The position numbers and the translations under genes are program-made. The notes beneath the pieces were generated by a model. The model was not told the DNA's origin and made no database searches. It was given only the letters and a program-made list of their open reading frames with translations. From a virus, in the IMG/VR virus record IMGVR_UViG_3300029989_000005: a DNA stretch of 64,000 bases; one strand, written 5' to 3'. Numbering within the stretch: position 1 is the first letter of the stretch; each line of letters opens with the position of its first letter. This document shows, in pieces, positions 59,277-64,000 of this stretch.

Positions 59277-61712
59277 ATGACACAATACGATTTAAATGGA
59301 ATAGACCATATTGATATTGTTGAAATGCCTCAAAATGCCACACTTGAACAGGCTATTGAGATAATAAATACAAATTTTTCATCGTTATCTCAAATAGCTG
59401 ACATTAATTTCGTTGATTTTATTACCAAAAAAATAGAACAACGAATAAGCAAAGGCGATGTATCAACCAATAATATAGGAAAGCCAGGACGAGATGGTAG
59501 AATAATAATTGATGATTCCGTTAAAAACTCAACTATTATACAAGGCTCTGAATTTATATCTTATAATAAGTTCGGGAGAAGTGTTTTTCTTACTATACAT
59601 TTTATAAATTCTGCTTCGGGTACTCAATTTGATGTTCCAACTGCTTATACACCTATAACTAGTAAAAACGTAATAGAAACTATACTTTTATCAACAGAGG
59701 GTGGAAATGTAATTTATAATTCTGAAACTAAAAAAATATATAAAAGTGGAAATCTATCAGGTGACACCATAATAACATACCTATCCAAATTTACATCTAT
59801 AGAAAATAGTGTTGCAAACATGTCTGATAAACAAGACAAAATAGATGAAACATTAAACACTGTTTCTAAGCTTGTTGTTGGCTCTATAAATGAACTATTA
59901 GTAAATCTGTCAAACAAAGTTGGTAAGGTAACACTTGAATCTATAACAGATCAGCCACATTTAACATACTCAAGTACAAATCATTTTTACTATGATTCTA
60001 CCACAAACTTAATTTATCAGGCTCAACTAGGTGGTGGACAATTTCAATTTGGAGTCCATGTTAATGGAAATCCTCCAATAGGAATTATCCCATTATCGGG
60101 TGTTATTTACATATATAACTCCAAAAATTATATGTGGAATGGTAGTAAATTGTTTGAAATTGGGGGTACTGATACTATAACAGCAAACACATTAGCTTTC
60201 TTTGATACATTCTTGAATTCGGGAAATTACCGAAATATTGGAAGCTTGGGTGGAACTTATATAGGACAATTTGTAGCACCTAATGTTAAGCAAAGGGTTG
60301 ATACAATGGATAAAATTTATTATCGTACTGTAAACGTTTCAGCACCCAATGACCCAAAGCCAGAATTTACAATTTATGGTACTGCACAACCCGCAATAAT
60401 TCCTGTAGAAGCCGAGGAAATAAAACTTATTTTAGGTCATTTAAATTATACAGTTAATGTAAGTACAGCCGAAAATTTTAAAATAAGTGCTGATGTAGAT
60501 GGTACAAGTGTAATTTTTCCGTCATTGGGTGATACTGCAAAATCGGTAACTTTTATTATATCTATAACATCAAATCCTATAACGTTTAATGGTATATTAA
60601 TTCCCGCAGGCAATACAGTTTTTGCTATTTATACTCAAGGTACATGGACTATTGATTCAACTGTTGTAGATATACCTGAAATTCCTAATTACTCAGATAT
60701 ATCTGTAAAAGCAATTTTAAAAGAAAACATTACTCTCGTACCATCAACAAATAATACATTTCGTGCAACTAGTACGATTATAGATGATTTAAGTGATGGT
60801 GATTTGTTTTTACTTTCAGAACAGGAAGATTACTCAAATGGAGTATATTCAAAAATTGTAAAAATAGGCTCTTATAATTTGGTAAAATTGGTAGTTCTTG
60901 GTATAACTTTAAACACAGTACGTGTTGAAGGAGATGGGGCTTATGAAAATATATATGATGGATTTGACCCAAGCACAGTAGCATTTGAAAAAATTGGAAC
61001 TATACACCACGACTCTGCTAAGGAAGATGTATCTAATAAAGCTATTGTAGTATCTTCAACCTCCACTGATTTACAATATGCTTCTGCCAAAGCTGTATTT
61101 GAATATGGTCAATTAATGGGTAGACAAGATACTATGATTATTGATGAGTTAGCTACCTATGTGTCTGGAACTCCAGGTGTGGATGCAGTGATGAGATTAA
61201 GTTATCCACCTATTTCTAAAGAAGGTATTTTAAATATACACTTTCCAAACGATGGGGTATTTCAATCAATTCCTATTATATCATTAGTAGATAATATTAT
61301 TACAATAAATGACCAAAGTTATAATGGAAACTCAGAAATTATTTGGTTTAAATATTTTACACAAATACCTAATTTAGCACTTAGTGAATATGCTACTAAG
61401 GTATATGTAAATGATGCTATTGCTGCCATTCCTCCAAGTAGTGGAGATTCATCTATAAAAATTGCAGTAAGTAAAAATGGAGCTAATGGAATGATACTTC
61501 CACAATTATATCCTAATACTAAAGATAGAACTATTACAGAAATAAATTTAGCTTCTAACTGTAATGGAATTTCTGTAACAATAGGAACTACTACTTATAA
61601 CCAAACTACAATTATAGGTATAATTCTACTTGCTGGACAAGAACTAATAATTAATGATGTTCTTATTAAAGCAGGTCTAAATAATGCTAATGCAGTAATT
61701 ATTCTAACATAA
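59277..61712 (+). CDS. putative tail fibre protein
   Basis: INTNFS, short collagen-like GKPGRDG, VGSINEL, mosaic beta-rich C-terminal region. Confidence 0.55.
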   Translation: MTQYDLNGIDHIDIVEMPQNATLEQAIEIINTNFSSLSQIADINFVDFITKKIEQRISKGDVSTNNIGKPGRDGRIIIDDSVKNSTIIQGSEFISYNKFGRSVFLTIHFINSASGTQFDVPTAYTPITSKNVIETILLSTEGGNVIYNSETKKIYKSGNLSGDTIITYLSKFTSIENSVANMSDKQDKIDETLNTVSKLVVGSINELLVNLSNKVGKVTLESITDQPHLTYSSTNHFYYDSTTNLIYQAQLGGGQFQFGVHVNGNPPIGIIPLSGVIYIYNSKNYMWNGSKLFEIGGTDTITANTLAFFDTFLNSGNYRNIGSLGGTYIGQFVAPNVKQRVDTMDKIYYRTVNVSAPNDPKPEFTIYGTAQPAIIPVEAEEIKLILGHLNYTVNVSTAENFKISADVDGTSVIFPSLGDTAKSVTFIISITSNPITFNGILIPAGNTVFAIYTQGTWTIDSTVVDIPEIPNYSDISVKAILKENITLVPSTNNTFRATSTIIDDLSDGDLFLLSEQEDYSNGVYSKIVKIGSYNLVKLVVLGITLNTVRVEGDGAYENIYDGFDPSTVAFEKIGTIHHDSAKEDVSNKAIVVSSTSTDLQYASAKAVFEYGQLMGRQDTMIIDELATYVSGTPGVDAVMRLSYPPISKEGILNIHFPNDGVFQSIPIISLVDNIITINDQSYNGNSEIIWFKYFTQIPNLALSEYATKVYVNDAIAAIPPSSGDSSIKIAVSKNGANGMILPQLYPNTKDRTITEINLASNCNGISVTIGTTTYNQTTIIGIILLAGQELIINDVLIKAGLNNANAVIILT

Positions 61713-61718
61713 TATAAT

Positions 61719-61976
61719 ATGAAAATAAATGATATTGTAGAATTTGATGAAAATCAAAACCTTTCAAAACAAACAACTGAATTTCAAGCCTGGTATAATC
61801 AGAATGTAAATATTCTTATTAATGATAAGTTAGTTCCTGATTACTTGGATAGATTTAATCGACCACAAAGTTATACTGTAGTTGTTGGAGAATTTACTAT
61901 TCAGGTACAACCTGAATATATTTATAGAGATCAAAGTAATTGGGCTTGTTCTGACTTCTACTTAAAAATTAAATAA
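61719..61976 (+). CDS. hypothetical protein
   Basis: ORF in fibre cluster. Confidence 0.55.
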   Translation: MKINDIVEFDENQNLSKQTTEFQAWYNQNVNILINDKLVPDYLDRFNRPQSYTVVVGEFTIQVQPEYIYRDQSNWACSDFYLKIK

Positions 61977-61978
61977 TT

Positions 61979-62125
61979 ATGGAAATAACTAATATATTTT
62001 TTATAAATCCAAAATCTACTGAAACTATTGAAAATGGGACTCTTGAATTTCCATTTAAAACTATTCAATATGCACAAGAATTTGAGAAAGTATTAAATCA
62101 ATTACCTTTAAATAAATTACTATGA
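61979..62125 (+). CDS. small protein (48 aa) with GTxExPFKTI motif, not in ORF track
   Basis: MEITNIFFINP...NGTLEFPFKTIQYAQE...; ATGA overlap with the next gene, which carries the related GTREHPFK. Confidence 0.55.
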   Translation: MEITNIFFINPKSTETIENGTLEFPFKTIQYAQEFEKVLNQLPLNKLL

Positions 62126-63849
62126 GTTCAAATTTATTTAAACTTCGTTATGCTATTAATTATGACCTTATTGGTGAAGGAGAGTTATTAGATAATACTA
62201 ATACTGTATTTATTCATACTTATGTTGGTGATGATTTTTCGGGGGATGGTACAAGAGAACATCCATTTAAAGGAATGTTCAGAGCTGGACAAAAAAGTGG
62301 AATGAGATATTGTGTTTTTCGTGGAGTAATTAATGAGTTATTTTCTAATTATTTAGTTATAATGGGAGATGATTCTAATCAGATATTATTAAATGCTAAT
62401 TATACATTTCAGACTAATAGGCTAGCTAATTTAAAAGTCGATACTATTAAACAGATGTTTAATGTTAATTATACGTCCTTTCTTACAGGTGTGTCTTTTA
62501 TGGAAGACTTACCTAAAGTAGATCAATTAATATGTTATTATACTTTATTTAAAAAATATATATGTGGAGATTATCCATCTAAATCAGCGTTAATTCAATG
62601 TACTGTTATAGATGATGTAAGTACTTTTAGAGAAGGTAATATTGTAAATACTATTATTGTCAAAAGTTTTAATAGTATATATGTTGCTATAGATGGAATA
62701 TCATTTAAATATTTATTATTCCCTTCTGATTGTGTCTTTTCGTTTAATAATATAGTTATACAGACACCAATATGGAGTAATGATTCAAAGGCGAATGTGC
62801 AACTTTTACGTAATGCATATCTAACGGCAGGCATGATTAAAGCTGATGCTGATAGATTATTTGCAAAAGATAGTTTTGGAAATGAAACCTGTCGAATTGT
62901 AAAAGAACAAAGAAATGGAGGAGCATCGGGGAATATTTTTAATGCCTATAATGTCGATGGTACAGTTTCGGACTATTCACTTAATCCTGCTTCTAATAAT
63001 GAGGCACTTTATGCTTCCGATTTAGGAGGTTACGTAGGATGTTTTAAACCTGCTTCAAAAATAGATTTAATTAATGATTTAAGCGAAGCGATTAATGTAA
63101 ATGTAGATGGTACAGATTCTTCAGAGCAAGGGCTTCTATTAATGCGTAAAATGATTAGTGGAGTTAAGTCTATTGAATTTGACACTACGTCTAATCAAAT
63201 ATGGAATCGTTGTACTTCTAATACCGTTAATATTCCTAACGGAGTTAAGTATAACGGAAGTAACATAATGTCGGATGATGGATCAGCTTTTGGATATTAT
63301 TTTGGGAAACATCAAAATCTAATGAATCCACTTTCTTTACTTCCTACAGACATTTTAGAGCCTAATACGATTTACAAAGTTTGTAATTTGAATCGAGATA
63401 TTTATTCGGCTGTAGTTTTTAATGGTACTCAATATCTACCTGATTATTTTTTTAAGACAGGTTCGGATGTTCTTAATTTTACATTACTCAATGGAGATTC
63501 AGGAACTAATGTAAAAAAAGTTTTAGCAACCCCACTTGAAAGTATAGAAATTCTTCCATTTGATAATATGGATACACCATCAATTGATTTTCCAAGGTAC
63601 AGTGCACCGCTTTTTGGAAATGTTCAAATGTTATACCATAAGATAGGAGTTAATATTGATAAACCAGTTCTATTTAGTGAGGTAACAAATGACAAGATTT
63701 CTTATTATGATAATTGGGCTGTAACTAATGCAGATCAGGAATTTGTAACCCTTGCTAATGATACTGCGAATTACTATTATAAGATTCCTGTACTTAAATT
63801 TATGCGTGTCGAATTGAATGCTCATTTTAATGCGGATTACGATCAATAA
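62122..63849 (+). CDS. putative tail-associated beta-helix/receptor-binding protein
   Basis: GDDFSGDGTREHPFK (DUF1565-like entry motif of beta-helix proteins). Confidence 0.5.
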   Translation: MSSNLFKLRYAINYDLIGEGELLDNTNTVFIHTYVGDDFSGDGTREHPFKGMFRAGQKSGMRYCVFRGVINELFSNYLVIMGDDSNQILLNANYTFQTNRLANLKVDTIKQMFNVNYTSFLTGVSFMEDLPKVDQLICYYTLFKKYICGDYPSKSALIQCTVIDDVSTFREGNIVNTIIVKSFNSIYVAIDGISFKYLLFPSDCVFSFNNIVIQTPIWSNDSKANVQLLRNAYLTAGMIKADADRLFAKDSFGNETCRIVKEQRNGGASGNIFNAYNVDGTVSDYSLNPASNNEALYASDLGGYVGCFKPASKIDLINDLSEAINVNVDGTDSSEQGLLLMRKMISGVKSIEFDTTSNQIWNRCTSNTVNIPNGVKYNGSNIMSDDGSAFGYYFGKHQNLMNPLSLLPTDILEPNTIYKVCNLNRDIYSAVVFNGTQYLPDYFFKTGSDVLNFTLLNGDSGTNVKKVLATPLESIEILPFDNMDTPSIDFPRYSAPLFGNVQMLYHKIGVNIDKPVLFSEVTNDKISYYDNWAVTNADQEFVTLANDTANYYYKIPVLKFMRVELNAHFNADYDQ

Positions 63850-63851
63850 TT

Positions 63852-64000
63852 ATGATACGAATAAACTCAATAGGAATTGCTTTAGACACTGGAATTATAC
63901 CTCCCGTAAGTCGTGTAAGGAGTAAAATTTACTCTATAGGACTGAACTTGGAATATGGAGTGATACCTCCTAAAAATTATTATAGAACTAAAATTTCAAG
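63852..64000 (+). CDS. partial hypothetical protein (runs off window end)
   Basis: ATG 63852, open to edge. Confidence 0.5.
   Translation, partial: MIRINSIGIALDTGIIPPVSRVRSKIYSIGLNLEYGVIPPKNYYRTKIS

Noticed and set aside
3277-62834. Short antisense/overlapping ORFs in the ORF track (e.g. 4479, 5061, 8648, 26122, 36523, 57769)
   Set aside because: Lie opposite or inside well-supported genes, with shadow-like composition.
1-64000. Stop-codon recoding (TAG/TGA) as in some large gut phages
   Set aside because: Conserved genes are full-length in code 11, and TAG terminates groES, 9786 and 44018 at sensible positions.
1-64000. DatZ (HD dATPase), DpoZ (family A polymerase), parA/parB, integrase
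   Set aside because: No recognisable motifs in this window; they may lie elsewhere in the genome.

Overview
AT-rich (roughly 25% GC by eye), densely coded 64-kb segment of a large T4-related myovirus (jumbo-phage-like) read in the standard genetic code. A DUF4494 gene, SD-less A/T-rich leaders and a B12-dependent RNR suggest a Bacteroidota host (inference). Genes found: replication/recombination (UvsW, UvsY-like, gp46/gp47, gp32-like SSB, N-terminal half of a split family-B polymerase, NAD+ ligase, class II RNR), virion genes (gp14, gp15, gp53, gp6, hub-like, fibre-like) and GroES/GroEL. Main highlights: (1) a PurZ-type synthetase plus phage PurB, guanylate kinase, a MazG-like enzyme and an adenosine-deaminase-family enzyme, i.e. 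a candidate 2-aminoadenine (Z)-DNA pathway in a PolB-using myovirus, with apparent absence of A-free 4-bp palindromes; (2) a large terminase scattered in pieces, including an extein-less IntC-IntN 'relay' ORF that would need two sequential protein trans-splicing steps; (3) a perfect chromosomal parS site beside a wHTH gene (candidate origin); (4) a tRNA-mimic RNA upstream of ssb; (5) an (I/V)NE-punctuated internal-head polyprotein. All family calls come from motif recognition by eye; no searches were run.
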